Positions 48,874 to 58,846 of a stretch of 64,000 bases of DNA are shown in pieces. A program made the translations under genes and the position numbers. Position 1 is the stretch's first letter. The number at the start of each line of letters is the position of its first letter. Where the stretch lies: the NCBI GenBank assembly GCA_018970425.1, contig JAGWWK010000002.1, positions 72,068 through 136,067 on the forward strand, given 5' to 3'. Source of the stretch: Patescibacteria group bacterium. Its GTDB lineage: Bacteria > Patescibacteriota > Minisyncoccia > Phycocordibacterales > Phycocordibacteraceae. The notes beneath the pieces were generated by a model. That model had not been told where the DNA came from, searched no databases, and saw only the letters and a list, made by a program, of their open reading frames with translations.

Positions 48874-51800
48874 TGCTGAAATTGTACTGAACCAATAAGC
48901 ATACTTACGATAGCTGCACCGTATCGCAAGATGTCATCTATATAATCCCATGCAAACTGGAACGCGATACTCCAGAGGGCGCGTGCAACGATAGTCATAT
49001 TTTGCACCTCACCCTCATCTAAAAGTGCTGGTGCTTGCTCAATACTCTCCCTCACACCTTTTTCAAATTGCCGTACCTGCTCTACTGTCTGAGCGACGTC
49101 AGGTTGAACGGCGGCAATCGCCGCACCGAGCACTCGACCCTGTGGCGCTGGCAGTGACTCTATTGATGGTACGGACTGCTGTACCTCAGAATCTGCCAGT
49201 ACCTCGGAAGGCTGGGTATTAGGTAGAACAGGATCTGGCAGTTTACGTACAACAGTCACAGACTCTTGGCCCGTAACCTGGCTCGATACAATCACTCCGC
49301 CGCCCAAGGACGCTACCGCAGGACTCACTGGTGACAAGGTCGGCGCGGGCGCAGGGGGTGGCGGAAGTGTGACCGAACTATTCAGGTTCGGTGAGAGTGT
49401 GTGCTCATCGACTCCATCCCCGTCTTGATCTATATGGAGCTTACTCAACCCGCTGTACCCCCCTGCCGTTGCTAGAGCGACGCGTGTCTCAGGCGATACG
49501 GGCAAATCTTCAAACCGGGTAAAGGCCTGCACAGCGTCACCCTCTCGCTCCTCTACAACGAGTGTAAAAGTTCCACTGCCCGTACCAGTGAGATGTGCAG
49601 ATACAGGACTACTGGCATCAACAAACGCATAGGACGAACTTCCGAGCGTGATGAACCGTGAGTTTGGTATGCCTTCCGACAACTCTCCTGTTGTCGTGGA
49701 TACGCCAGTCATACGACCCTCGCTGTCGTAGAGCGCGAGTGTGAGCGGCGAGTGAAGCGATATAAGGAGCCGGCGCTGCCCGGCGGCCGGCTGAGTGTCG
49801 CTGAGGTGTGAATACGCAGACACAGGCGCCCGTGTCTTGGTAATGGTATCTGCGATAAAATTAAGTACTGGATCGGCTTCTAAAAGGCGAGAGTGCTCAA
49901 AATTTCTAAACCCTCCAAGAGTAGCAATCAAGTTCGACCGATTATGCACGTCGAGATCGAACCAAAACCTCTCACCACCTGACATCCATAGCGCACTGGG
50001 TGCGACTACTGTACCGTCACCATTCACACTAAATCGCGCGTTCGGCTCTACGCCACTCGGTCCGGATGAGTATGTTATTCCTTTCAGCGTCTCAACACCC
50101 CACCCGCCTATCTGCACGACCGCAATTTCTGCGGGATGTACCCATCCGTCAATCGATTCATGGAGCGTTCGGGCTGACGCAAGGAGGTTCTGACTGAGCG
50201 CAATCGGCTGATCAATATCGCCCTCTGGTAGTACCTTACCGAACGCACTGGTAAGCACTTCAGCGAGCTGCGACTGAGAAGAAATAGACGCACCAAACTG
50301 ACTGCGCCACGCTGGTACACTCGAGTCGAACGTAACGACCGAGCTGTCTATGGATTGAAAATAGGCCTCCGTGGGCAATAGGTGGTAAAACATCGGCGAT
50401 GTAGACGCAAATGCGCGTGCTACCTGCTTAGAAAGCACAAGTCCATAGAGGAGCTCTTGGCGAAATCCGTGCATGCCAGCAGCAATCGCCATTGGTGTAC
50501 CCACCTGAGGAGCACCAATCAGTATGATGGAGTCAATGTACCGAGCTGCATCGTCACCAAGCGTTTCCGCAAGGCGTTTAGCTATGATCCCGCCATAGGA
50601 GTGCGCAATCACGGTGACCTTCCCCGTACGAGACGTTTCCGCTAAATGGCGGAGCTCCTGCACAATATACGGCGTTGACGTAGGAGCGAGGAGACCTGTG
50701 AAGTAAATACGACCATCGGTTTCATACCCGCGTGTAAGTAACGAGTCGGGTGAGAGTCGCCAGTCGTACGCAATAGGTTCCCAGTCGGCAATTTTTCCAT
50801 CAGCCTTCAGCGCATCCATGCGGGTTATGAATGACTTGTAGATATTGAGTCCGGTAGGTGTTTCATCAAGAATGTCGTGAGTCTTCACATAGATGTCATC
50901 TCGCACACCTTCACCGAAGTCATTCAAAAAGAGGTCGCGCACATCATCGTTGTGCATCGGCTCCCACAAGCGATCCGTACCTCCGGCGTAGTCAGGCCGA
51001 TACAGTCTCGAACCCTCAATGCCCGGCAAAAACAGCACATTAGAGTTGCAATTTTCAACACACACAGTATCCGCTATGCTCGGTCGAAACGCCGAGGATC
51101 GCATGGCTGAGGCAGTGCCATCGATTCGTGCAGTAAATCGAATGTAGACGGACTCAGGAATTGTTCCGGAGCACTGCTCGCAGGCAATTTCGCTATCGCT
51201 TTCATCATTCCACAAAACCCACGTGGTCGGCGATGTCATGCGCAGCGAGAAGTAGCGCACGTACGGCGGCACCGCAAGCGTCAATTCAGTGGTCTGACGC
51301 GCCTCAATGTCACACGTAGTAGGATACGTTTCTAGTATCACAAAAAAAGGCCTGCCATCGTTGTTCGGCGTCCTGAGGCGCATATGGAGGTGCAACAACC
51401 CTCCTACGTACTCAGCACGCTCATGCGAGTCGAATAAATAACCTGATGACAAAGCGGCTACGCAGTCTGGATTACGCAGCACAGTATCAGGAAACTCGGG
51501 GGGCACTGCTCCCTCACGTATTGCCACAGTGCGAGTGTGAGCGTAACTTGCACCACCGTCTATAAAAGGCCGAATGAACGCGCGTGTGTACGCAGGATAC
51601 GGAGGTACCGTAACCTCGCTCACCTTAACGCCCAAAGTGTCATCCCATACTTCAATTTGAGTAGCTGACGCGAATCGAATACTCCACTCAGTTGAACCTG
51701 GCGCAAGTTCGGTCGTAAAACGCTTTGAGCCAATCTCTAGGCACTCATCTGAGATGAAATACACGTCTACTGAAAAAGAACGGCCATCTTGAAGCTCGGG

Positions 51801-52019
51801 CTGCAGAGACAGTCCCATCCTAAGGAGACCCGATTCATAATAAACCTCCTCCCGGTCAGAGAAAAAATACCCGGTCGCTAAAATACTCGACTGCCCGCAT
51901 GGATCAGAAAATAGCGCGAGAACTGAACGCGGTACTCCATAAAAAAAAATGGCGAGCATACAGCTCGCCACCACTACAGTGAGAAACATACCTGCCCAAA
52001 TACGGGCATGCCAGCGCAT
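48870..52019 (-). CDS. large exported alpha/beta-hydrolase (LCAT/phospholipase-like)
   Basis: N-terminal TM/signal; LFLPGIEGSRL, YDWR, IAHSYGG nucleophile, GAPQ.G, GDGTV, EHS; duplicated N-terminal domain. Confidence 0.85.
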   Translation of the reverse strand: MRWHARIWAGMFLTVVVASCMLAIFFYGVPRSVLALFSDPCGQSSILATGYFFSDREEVYYESGLLRMGLSLQPELQDGRSFSVDVYFISDECLEIGSKRFTTELAPGSTEWSIRFASATQIEVWDDTLGVKVSEVTVPPYPAYTRAFIRPFIDGGASYAHTRTVAIREGAVPPEFPDTVLRNPDCVAALSSGYLFDSHERAEYVGGLLHLHMRLRTPNNDGRPFFVILETYPTTCDIEARQTTELTLAVPPYVRYFSLRMTSPTTWVLWNDESDSEIACEQCSGTIPESVYIRFTARIDGTASAMRSSAFRPSIADTVCVENCNSNVLFLPGIEGSRLYRPDYAGGTDRLWEPMHNDDVRDLFLNDFGEGVRDDIYVKTHDILDETPTGLNIYKSFITRMDALKADGKIADWEPIAYDWRLSPDSLLTRGYETDGRIYFTGLLAPTSTPYIVQELRHLAETSRTGKVTVIAHSYGGIIAKRLAETLGDDAARYIDSIILIGAPQVGTPMAIAAGMHGFRQELLYGLVLSKQVARAFASTSPMFYHLLPTEAYFQSIDSSVVTFDSSVPAWRSQFGASISSQSQLAEVLTSAFGKVLPEGDIDQPIALSQNLLASARTLHESIDGWVHPAEIAVVQIGGWGVETLKGITYSSGPSGVEPNARFSVNGDGTVVAPSALWMSGGERFWFDLDVHNRSNLIATLGGFRNFEHSRLLEADPVLNFIADTITKTRAPVSAYSHLSDTQPAAGQRRLLISLHSPLTLALYDSEGRMTGVSTTTGELSEGIPNSRFITLGSSSYAFVDASSPVSAHLTGTGSGTFTLVVEEREGDAVQAFTRFEDLPVSPETRVALATAGGYSGLSKLHIDQDGDGVDEHTLSPNLNSSVTLPPPPAPAPTLSPVSPAVASLGGGVIVSSQVTGQESVTVVRKLPDPVLPNTQPSEVLADSEVQQSVPSIESLPAPQGRVLGAAIAAVQPDVAQTVEQVRQFEKGVRESIEQAPALLDEGEVQNMTIVARALWSIAFQFAWDYIDDILRYGAAIVSMLIGSVQFQQ

Positions 52020-52075
52020 GCACTCATACTAGCGCGCCGCGCTAGTACAGCGCGGCGCGTATGTGCATAAGTAAC

Positions 52076-52621
52076 TTACGCTTCTTGGAGCGGTACGCCA
52101 AGGTGTCGGTAAAACGCTTCAGCTTCTTTCTTCGTACGAGCGGTGGATACAAGCGTTATTGAGAGACCGAACACATCTGAGAGATTCTCATCAGACGCTT
52201 CTGGGAAAATTGTATGCTCTTTAAGTCCGATAGTCATGTTTCCCATCGCGTCAATTACCTTCGGCGATATGCCGCGGAAGTCGCGTGACCGAGGAAGTGC
52301 GATGTGTACGAGCTTATCAAGGAAGTCGAACATGCGCGCTCCTCGGAGCGTCACCTGGTACCCGACTACATCTCCCTGGCGAACTTTGAACGACGCAATA
52401 GACTTTTTAGCACCTCGAGCTGCGGTCTTCTGTCCAGTTATGCGCGCAAGGCGGTCTTGTATGAGCTCAACCTTCTTTTTATCTTTTATTTTTCCGGTGC
52501 CCGTCGAGACAACAACCTTCATGAGTTTCGGCGCCTGCATCGCGTTCGTGTAGCCAAACGCATCTTTTAGCGCTTTGTAGCTTGCAGCGTTCTGGGATCG
52601 AGTTGATATGCCTGTTGCCAT
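52076..52621 (-). CDS. rplE: 50S ribosomal protein L5
   Basis: ITGQK, SIASFKVRQG, LPRSRDFRG. Confidence 0.97.
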   Translation of the reverse strand: MATGISTRSQNAASYKALKDAFGYTNAMQAPKLMKVVVSTGTGKIKDKKKVELIQDRLARITGQKTAARGAKKSIASFKVRQGDVVGYQVTLRGARMFDFLDKLVHIALPRSRDFRGISPKVIDAMGNMTIGLKEHTIFPEASDENLSDVFGLSITLVSTARTKKEAEAFYRHLGVPLQEA

Positions 52622-52623
52622 AA

Positions 52624-52875
52624 TTATGCGTTACGTTTCTGCTTCTTTGCCTTAGGAGCGTCTGCCTTTCGCACATTCGACGCGTGGATCGGCATTTCCT
52701 TTTTTACAACTGTCCCCTTACCCTTGCCCTTATTCGACCGCGTGTGCACCGAACGTATATGAACTCCTGCGACAACAACCTTGTTCTCCTTAGGAATTGA
52801 TCTGAGGATTGCACCGGTCTTGCCCTTGTCTGTTCCAGTGAGCACTACTACCGTATCTCCTTTTTTTACATGCAT
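52624..52875 (-). CDS. rplX: 50S ribosomal protein L24
   Basis: KKGDTVVVLTG.DKGK, PIHASNV. Confidence 0.96.
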   Translation of the reverse strand: MHVKKGDTVVVLTGTDKGKTGAILRSIPKENKVVVAGVHIRSVHTRSNKGKGKGTVVKKEMPIHASNVRKADAPKAKKQKRNA

Positions 52876-52885
52876 ACGATGGTGG

Positions 52886-53266
52886 TTAGACGATTTCAGG
52901 AGCTAATGAGCCGATCTTTTGGTATCCAAGGTCCACGATCTCGCGCGGGATCGGTCCGAACACACGGTTTGCCTTCGGCTCAAACGGGTCTTTAGGGTTC
53001 TTGGCGAGGACCACGACTGCGTTGTCATCGAAGCGCACATATGATCCGTCTTTACGACGAAACGGTTTTCGCTGTCGAACTACAAGCGCAGTAAGCACTT
53101 CCTTCTTCTTTACCATTTTGCGCGGCTCAGCAATTTGAACTGAGAGGACGACGCGGTCCCCAATACCTGCATAGCGCTTCTTGGAGCCACCAAGCACCTT
53201 GAAAATACGTCCGATCTTTGCGCCGGTGTTGTCTGCAATGATGACGAGTGAGCGATCGTGGAGCAT
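52886..53266 (-). CDS. rplN: 50S ribosomal protein L14
   Basis: ADNTGAK, FDDNAVV, RVFGP, SLAPE. Confidence 0.97.
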   Translation of the reverse strand: MLHDRSLVIIADNTGAKIGRIFKVLGGSKKRYAGIGDRVVLSVQIAEPRKMVKKKEVLTALVVRQRKPFRRKDGSYVRFDDNAVVVLAKNPKDPFEPKANRVFGPIPREIVDLGYQKIGSLAPEIV

Positions 53267-53272
53267 ACGTGC

Positions 53273-53509
53273 TTAATTAACGATGATGAAATGTTTACGC
53301 TTCGAGATAGGGCGAGATGAGCGGATCACTACACGGTCGCCAACCTTTGCGGTATTCCCTGGATCGTGGGCAAGATACTTCTTGCTGCGGAGTACGTACT
53401 TTTTGTACTTTGGGAGCTTGATGAAGCGGTTCACCCGTACCGTTACGGTATCCTTCATCTTGTCGGACACTACAACGCCGGTCAATGTTTTCTGTTGAGG
53501 GTTTGCCAT
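53273..53509 (-). CDS. rpsQ: 30S ribosomal protein S17
   Basis: [21 protein letters not shown]. Confidence 0.96.
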   Translation of the reverse strand: MANPQQKTLTGVVVSDKMKDTVTVRVNRFIKLPKYKKYVLRSKKYLAHDPGNTAKVGDRVVIRSSRPISKRKHFIIVN

Positions 53510-53514
53510 AGCGG

Positions 53515-53697
53515 TTAGTGAGGACGAAGAATAGTGATAATACGCGCGATGTCTTTTTTGATAGCACGAAGCTTCTTTACATTTTTTGATCCGCCTGACG
53601 AAGTACCGAAGCGAATCGCACGAGCCTCTGCCTCATACTCCGTTCGGAGTTTCTGAAGATCTGCCGGCTTCTTTGCGCGTAGTTCTGCTGCTTTCAT
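53515..53697 (-). CDS. rpmC: 50S ribosomal protein L29
   Basis: MKAAELR, KKDIARI.T; operon position. Confidence 0.93.
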   Translation of the reverse strand: MKAAELRAKKPADLQKLRTEYEAEARAIRFGTSSGGSKNVKKLRAIKKDIARIITILRPH

Positions 53698-53700
53698 ACA

Positions 53701-54120
53701 CTAGTCGCGGACCACAACGGTCGTCTTAATTGGTAACTTATGCCCCGCCTGTATGAGGAACGCGCGCGCTTGAGCGTCTGGCACCCCATCAAGCTCAAAG
53801 AGCATTGCACCCGGTCGTACGCGAGATACGAAGCGGTACGGGTCGCCCTTGCCCTTACCCATCGGGAGCTCGCCTCCCTTTTTTGTTTCAGGGCGATCAG
53901 GGAAAATTCTGATCCATACGCGGCCACTCTTACCAAGTGCTCGCGCTAGCACGCGACGTGACGCTTCAATTTGGTTTGATGAAATAGCTCCCATCTCGGT
54001 GGCACGAAGGCCGTGCGATCCGAACGCAAGCGTTATGCCACGTGTTGCAACGCGCTTTTTGCGAGGGTTCTCGCGTTCAGTCTGCCACTTTCGAAATTTT
54101 ACTTTTTTTGGAAACAACAT
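53701..54120 (-). CDS. rplP: 50S ribosomal protein L16
   Basis: PKKVKFRK, WIRIFPD, MGKGKG, KLPIK. Confidence 0.97.
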   Translation of the reverse strand: MLFPKKVKFRKWQTERENPRKKRVATRGITLAFGSHGLRATEMGAISSNQIEASRRVLARALGKSGRVWIRIFPDRPETKKGGELPMGKGKGDPYRFVSRVRPGAMLFELDGVPDAQARAFLIQAGHKLPIKTTVVVRD

Positions 54121-54126
54121 ATAGAG

Positions 54127-54852
54127 TTACTGTGCGCGTGCAGGGCGGCGTGCAGGGCGACGATCTTCTACTCGTCCACGCGGCTGGCCAGCGCGCTCCG
54201 GAAAGATATCTCCCTTGTAGAGCCACACCTTAACGCCAATCTTTCCAAGCGGCAAGTTTGCCTCATCGTGCGCGTAGTCAATGTCAGAGCGAATAGTCTG
54301 CAGCGGGATGCGCCCTTTCTTCAATGTCTCAGTGCGGCTCATAGAACCTGCGCCGAGCATGCCAGACACCTGGACACGAACACCCTGAACCTCTCGGTTT
54401 GCCATTACCTTCTCAATAGTCTGCTTCAACACGCGACGGAACGGCATGCGCTTCTCAAGACTTTCAACAACCATTGCAGCAACCACTGCAGCGTTTGTCT
54501 CTGGCGAGCGGATCTCAATAATGTCGAGTGCGAGGGTTGGTACCGAGCTAAGGCCCATAGAGCGGAGCGTTGAGAGTATATCCTTCTTGAGCTTCGTCGC
54601 ACTCTCTCCTGATCGGCCAATCACCATGCCCGGGCGCGCGGTATGGATTTGCACGCGAAGCGCCTTTTGTGACCGCTCAATTTCAATGCCTGAGATGTGC
54701 GCAGTTCGGAGGCGCTTCAAAATAAGCGCGCGAATTGCGGCATCAACGCGGAGAAACTCGCGATACTTCTTAGGGTCGCCCGCAAACCAGCGCGATTTCC
54801 AGTCGCGAATGACACCGAGTCTAAGTGCGTATGGATGTACTACTTTTGACAT
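54127..54852 (-). CDS. rpsC: 30S ribosomal protein S3
   Basis: VHP..LRLG, RPGMVIG, PLQTIR.DIDY, GVKVW. Confidence 0.97.
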   Translation of the reverse strand: MSKVVHPYALRLGVIRDWKSRWFAGDPKKYREFLRVDAAIRALILKRLRTAHISGIEIERSQKALRVQIHTARPGMVIGRSGESATKLKKDILSTLRSMGLSSVPTLALDIIEIRSPETNAAVVAAMVVESLEKRMPFRRVLKQTIEKVMANREVQGVRVQVSGMLGAGSMSRTETLKKGRIPLQTIRSDIDYAHDEANLPLGKIGVKVWLYKGDIFPERAGQPRGRVEDRRPARRPARAQ

Positions 54853-54855
54853 AAA

Positions 54856-55179
54856 TTAGCGTTTACCAAGCTCAACTGCGACATGGCTCATGCGGCGACG
54901 GATAGGTGACGCACGGCCGAATGCGCGAGGCATAAACTTGACCCGAACCAAACCTTTGTTAACGGTAATAGACTTTATGTAGAGACGAGATCCGTCCTCG
55001 CCCTGCTTTTCAGCATTTGCGAGTGCAGAGCGGATGAGTTTCGCAACAGGGTCTGCGGCACGCTTCTCAAGAAATGTGAGTGCGACGAGCGCATCCTTCA
55101 CAGTCTTTCCTTTTACAAGATCCGTGACCAGGCGCGTTTTTCTCGGTGACTGTCCGTAATTTGCGATAGAGGCCTTCAT
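54856..55179 (-). CDS. rplV: 50S ribosomal protein L22
   Basis: SPRKTRLV, SALANA, PRAFGRA. Confidence 0.96.
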   Translation of the reverse strand: MKASIANYGQSPRKTRLVTDLVKGKTVKDALVALTFLEKRAADPVAKLIRSALANAEKQGEDGSRLYIKSITVNKGLVRVKFMPRAFGRASPIRRRMSHVAVELGKR

Positions 55180-55181
55180 AC

Positions 55182-55526
55182 TTACTTCTTCTTATCTGCG
55201 GCCGGAGCCTTTGCTGCCTGCGCTGCTGCTATTTCAGCTTCCTTCTTCTTCTGCTCAAGCTCCTTCTGCATCTTGCCTCCGTGGCGGAGGAACTTCTTTG
55301 TCGGAGCAAACTCGCCGAGACGATGCCCGACCATTTCTTCACTTACGAGCACATCTTCAAACGCCTTCCCAGTGTGCACGGCGAAGGTGAAGCCGACCAT
55401 TTCAGGCGAGATCATCGAGGCGCGCGCCCAGGTCTTTATCGGACCGGTCTTTTGCGGAGTCTTGCCCTCAATTTTCCTGAGGAGCTTATGAAATACGTAG
55501 GGACCCTTTTTGAGTGATCGTGACAT
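55182..55526 (-). CDS. rpsS: 30S ribosomal protein S19
   Basis: [22 protein letters not shown]; start moved to ATG 55526. Confidence 0.97.
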   Translation of the reverse strand: MSRSLKKGPYVFHKLLRKIEGKTPQKTGPIKTWARASMISPEMVGFTFAVHTGKAFEDVLVSEEMVGHRLGEFAPTKKFLRHGGKMQKELEQKKKEAEIAAAQAAKAPAADKKK

Positions 55527-55541
55527 AGGCGATACTTCGCT

Positions 55542-55570
55542 ACGGTAGCATGCAGGCGCTGTACCCGCAA
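55542..55570 (-). promoter_or_regulatory. putative promoter for rpsS and downstream genes
   Basis: TTGCGG-N17-TACCGT with extended TG. Confidence 0.5.
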
Positions 55571-55576
55571 CCCCTC

Positions 55577-55600
55577 TGTGCAATACCTAGGTATTGCACA
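55577..55600. repeat. perfect 24-bp palindrome
   Basis: TGTGCAATACCTAGGTATTGCACA between divergent rpsS and RAYT starts. Confidence 0.9.
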
Positions 55601-55620
55601 AAATGTGGTATGGTAGAGGT

Positions 55621-56283
55621 ATGTCCGTTAAACGGTCCGTCGCACTCGGTGAGTACTACCACGTCTACAACCGTGGTGCCCACAAGCAAGGTATCTTTCG
55701 GGAGCAAGCCGACTGGGCCCGATTCCTATTCGGACTCATCTACTTTCAGTCCCCTACCCCGTTCAAAAACATTTCCCGACGCGCGCGGACATTTGATCCG
55801 CAGTCTGGCTACGAGGTGCGCGAGTCAGAGTTTAGACATGTGTATGATGCTCGCTCTGTGGAGCTTGTCGCATTTTGCCTTATGGAAAACCACTTCCACC
55901 TCATCGTTCGTGAAATTCGCGAGGGTGGCGTAAGTCGATACCTACAGCGCGTGCAAGAGTCGTACGCAAAGTATTTCAATGAGAAGTACCAATGCCCTGG
56001 CCATGTCTTTGAGGGGCCGTTTAAGGCAAAGCTTGTGCCCGATAATGAATACCTCATGCACCTTTCAGCCTACATTCACCGCAATCCTCGAGATATACCT
56101 AAGTGGAAGCGTTCCTACGACGCTTACCCGTGGTCGTCGTGCACGGATTATGTACGCGAGAACCGTTGGGGAGGTCTTTTGGCGCAAGAAATAATTCTTG
56201 ACCAGTTTGCCGGTACCAAGGAGTCAAACTATGCTGACTTTGTTAGATCAAGCCCCGCAAAAGGTTTTGACTTTTCTGTATAA
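55621..56283 (+). mobile_element. RAYT / IS200-like Y1 HUH transposase
   Basis: YYHVYNRG, FCLMENHFHL (HUH), YIHRNP (catalytic Tyr), YPWSS. Confidence 0.93.
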
Positions 56284-56305
56284 AAAAACCCCGCCGAAGC
56301 GGGGT
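56282..56305 (-). terminator. terminator after rplB
   Basis: ACCCCGC-TTCG-GCGGGGT followed by T-tract on minus strand. Confidence 0.8.
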
Positions 56306-56310
56306 GTTGC

Positions 56311-57168
56311 TTATGCTGACTTTCGCTTCTTGCCAACCTTGCGGCGAGAAAGAATAAACGGATTTGAATACTTCTTTGGAGAACGAGTCTTCTGACCCTT
56401 GCCTGCAGGCTTGCCCCAGAGAGTCTTTGCGCGGCGGAGACCACGACCCTGACGACCCTCGCCTCCTCCGTGCGGGTGATCAACCGGATTCATAGCTGTA
56501 CCACGAACTGTCGGGCGGATACCCATCGCGCGCGATCGTCCTGCCTTACCAATCGTAACCAAGTGCCACTCGGGGTTTGAGACCTCGCCGACAGATGCCC
56601 ATGCCGAGTCAACTACTTTGCGCACCTCAGAAGATGGGAGCTTGACCTGCGCATACCCAGCGTCATGCGCAATAACTTCAGCGTAGTTACCAGCAGAGCG
56701 TCCGATTTTCGCGCCACCACCCGCGTGAATCTCAATGTTGTATATAAACGTACCGACCGGAATATTTTTGAGCGGCAGTCGGTTGCCTGGCGTCACCGGC
56801 GCAGTCGCCGAGGCAAGAACAGTGTCACCTACCTTCAAGGACTGCGGCGCGAGCATGTAGCGGCGCTCACCATCGCGATACACCACGCGCGCAATGAATC
56901 CTGTGCGGTGCGGGTCGTACTCAATGTGCTCGATGCGAGCCGGTATGTCCTTCTTGTCGAACATAAAGTCGACCATGCGGAACTTGCGCTTGTTACCGCC
57001 ACCCTGGTGACGAGTGGTGATGCGACCGAACGCGTTTCTGCCCGCGCGTTCCTTACCGCCGCGTACGAGACGCTTGTGCGGGGTGTCGGTCGTCAGATAC
57101 TCGCGGTACTTGACCACGGAGTAATTGCGCGTGCCTGCAGTTCGGGGACGATATATTTTAATGCTCAT
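56311..57168 (-). CDS. rplB: 50S ribosomal protein L2
   Basis: IEYDP.R, PTVRG.AMNPVDHPHGGGEG. Confidence 0.98.
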   Translation of the reverse strand: MSIKIYRPRTAGTRNYSVVKYREYLTTDTPHKRLVRGGKERAGRNAFGRITTRHQGGGNKRKFRMVDFMFDKKDIPARIEHIEYDPHRTGFIARVVYRDGERRYMLAPQSLKVGDTVLASATAPVTPGNRLPLKNIPVGTFIYNIEIHAGGGAKIGRSAGNYAEVIAHDAGYAQVKLPSSEVRKVVDSAWASVGEVSNPEWHLVTIGKAGRSRAMGIRPTVRGTAMNPVDHPHGGGEGRQGRGLRRAKTLWGKPAGKGQKTRSPKKYSNPFILSRRKVGKKRKSA

Positions 57169-57178
57169 ACTTTTTTAA

Positions 57179-57559
57179 TTATGCTGCGAAGTCGATCGTG
57201 TCGCCTTTCTTAAGGTACACGTACGCCTTGCGGACGCGATTTCTCACTCCGGTACCACGACGAGTGCGGAGCGGCATCGGTTTTCCTGCAATGTTTACGA
57301 CATTCACTTTGACCGGCACCACCTTGTAGAGCGCAGTGACTGCGCGGACAACATCGTGCTTTGACGCATCAAGTGACACATCGAACGTATAGACATTAGA
57401 TGTTGAGAGAACCGCTGCTTTCTCCGTCATGCGAGGACGGCGTATGATGCTCGCATCGATTCCGCTTGAATGCGTAGCTGATTTTTCCGCGCGCGGGGCT
57501 TTTTCGGAAGCAGATTCCTTCTTCGTACGCGTAGATTTCTTTGATCCAAAGAGCGCCAT
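57179..57559 (-). CDS. rplW: 50S ribosomal protein L23
   Basis: P..TEKA, YTFDV, KAYVYL. Confidence 0.95.
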   Translation of the reverse strand: MALFGSKKSTRTKKESASEKAPRAEKSATHSSGIDASIIRRPRMTEKAAVLSTSNVYTFDVSLDASKHDVVRAVTALYKVVPVKVNVVNIAGKPMPLRTRRGTGVRNRVRKAYVYLKKGDTIDFAA

Positions 57560-57560
57560 A

Positions 57561-58226
57561 TTATTTAGTTACGCGTGCGGTTAAAGTCTTCACGCTCTCT
57601 TCCGGGGAGGCAATCAGCAAGTATCGGTACTTCAGAATCTCGACTGGGTTGATGTTGCGGATCTCTTCAACCATAACCTGCTTCATATTGCGGAAACTCT
57701 TCGCCACAGCATCCGAGCGCTCTGGCACTGCGATGAGTACGGCGTTCTTCCGGCGCGTAGCTACCTCTGAAAAGCCCGGTGCCTTGCCAAGCGCGGTGAG
57801 TAACGATCGCGCATCTTTAGTTTTAGGCGCTTTCATCTGAAGAGTATCAAGAAGCATAAGGCGCGACTCACGGACCTTGTCTGAAAGTGCGGTCTTGAGC
57901 GCAACTGCGCGCATCTTCTTGTTTACCTTTTGCTCAAAAACTCTTTCTTTATTTGGTCCATGCGCAATACCGCCACCGCGCCAGATTGGCGAACGGATCG
58001 AGCCATGGCGTGCGCGTCCAGTACCCTTTTGCGCCCACGGCTTCTTACCACCACCGCGCACCTCCGCGCGGCCTTTGGTGTGGGCTATGGTTGTGCGTGC
58101 ATTAGCCATCATGGCCGTGACTACCTGGTGAAGCACTGCAGAATTGCGCTTTGCTCCGAACACTGTATCAGGCAAGTCGATTGAGCCGACCTCTGCTCCC
58201 TGTGCATTGTAAATTGGTGTCTTCAT
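57561..58226 (-). CDS. rplD: 50S ribosomal protein L4
   Basis: KPWAQKGTGRARHGS.RSP.WRGGG. Confidence 0.97.
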   Translation of the reverse strand: MKTPIYNAQGAEVGSIDLPDTVFGAKRNSAVLHQVVTAMMANARTTIAHTKGRAEVRGGGKKPWAQKGTGRARHGSIRSPIWRGGGIAHGPNKERVFEQKVNKKMRAVALKTALSDKVRESRLMLLDTLQMKAPKTKDARSLLTALGKAPGFSEVATRRKNAVLIAVPERSDAVAKSFRNMKQVMVEEIRNINPVEILKYRYLLIASPEESVKTLTARVTK

Positions 58227-58229
58227 ACC

Positions 58230-58841
58230 TTACTTTTGAACGACCTCGACCAGGGTACCCTTGCGGCCCGGAATCGCGCCAGAAATATATAACTCTCCTT
58301 TCTCGGCATCAACGTGGAGAACGCGGAGATTCGGTACTGTCACGCGATCGCCACCCATACGGCCGGCCATCTTGAGACCCTTTACCACGCGACCGCCAGC
58401 TCGGCCAGGGCCGCCGCCAATCGAGCCCGGCTCACGCTCAGAGTGCTTCTGACCGTGCGTGCGCGGACCTCCGGCAAACCCATGACGCTTAACAACACCC
58501 TGAAAACCCTTACCCTTCGTTGTTCCAGACACCTGTACTGCGTCGCCTGGAGCAAACTGCGTCGCGTCGAGGTGCGAGCCAACGGTAAATGCCGCAGTAT
58601 CAGAAACTCTGAACTCTTTAAAGCCACGGAATGAGCCCTGGCCTCTCTGTGCGCGATTGATGCGCGCCTCTTTCTGCGTGCCGTACCCAACCTGCACCGC
58701 GGTGTACCCGTCGGAATCGACAGACTTAACGCGTGTCACCGTGACCGGCGGAGCAGCAATAAGAGTCACGGGCTGCACCGAACCGCTCTCATCAAAGAGC
58801 TGCGTCATTCCTACCTTCGTGCCGATGATAAACTTTTTCAT
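58230..58841 (-). CDS. rplC: 50S ribosomal protein L3
   Basis: GTKVGMTQ, KGKGFQGVVKRHGF, GAIPG. Confidence 0.97.
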   Translation of the reverse strand: MKKFIIGTKVGMTQLFDESGSVQPVTLIAAPPVTVTRVKSVDSDGYTAVQVGYGTQKEARINRAQRGQGSFRGFKEFRVSDTAAFTVGSHLDATQFAPGDAVQVSGTTKGKGFQGVVKRHGFAGGPRTHGQKHSEREPGSIGGGPGRAGGRVVKGLKMAGRMGGDRVTVPNLRVLHVDAEKGELYISGAIPGRKGTLVEVVQK

Positions 58842-58846
58842 ACGAA

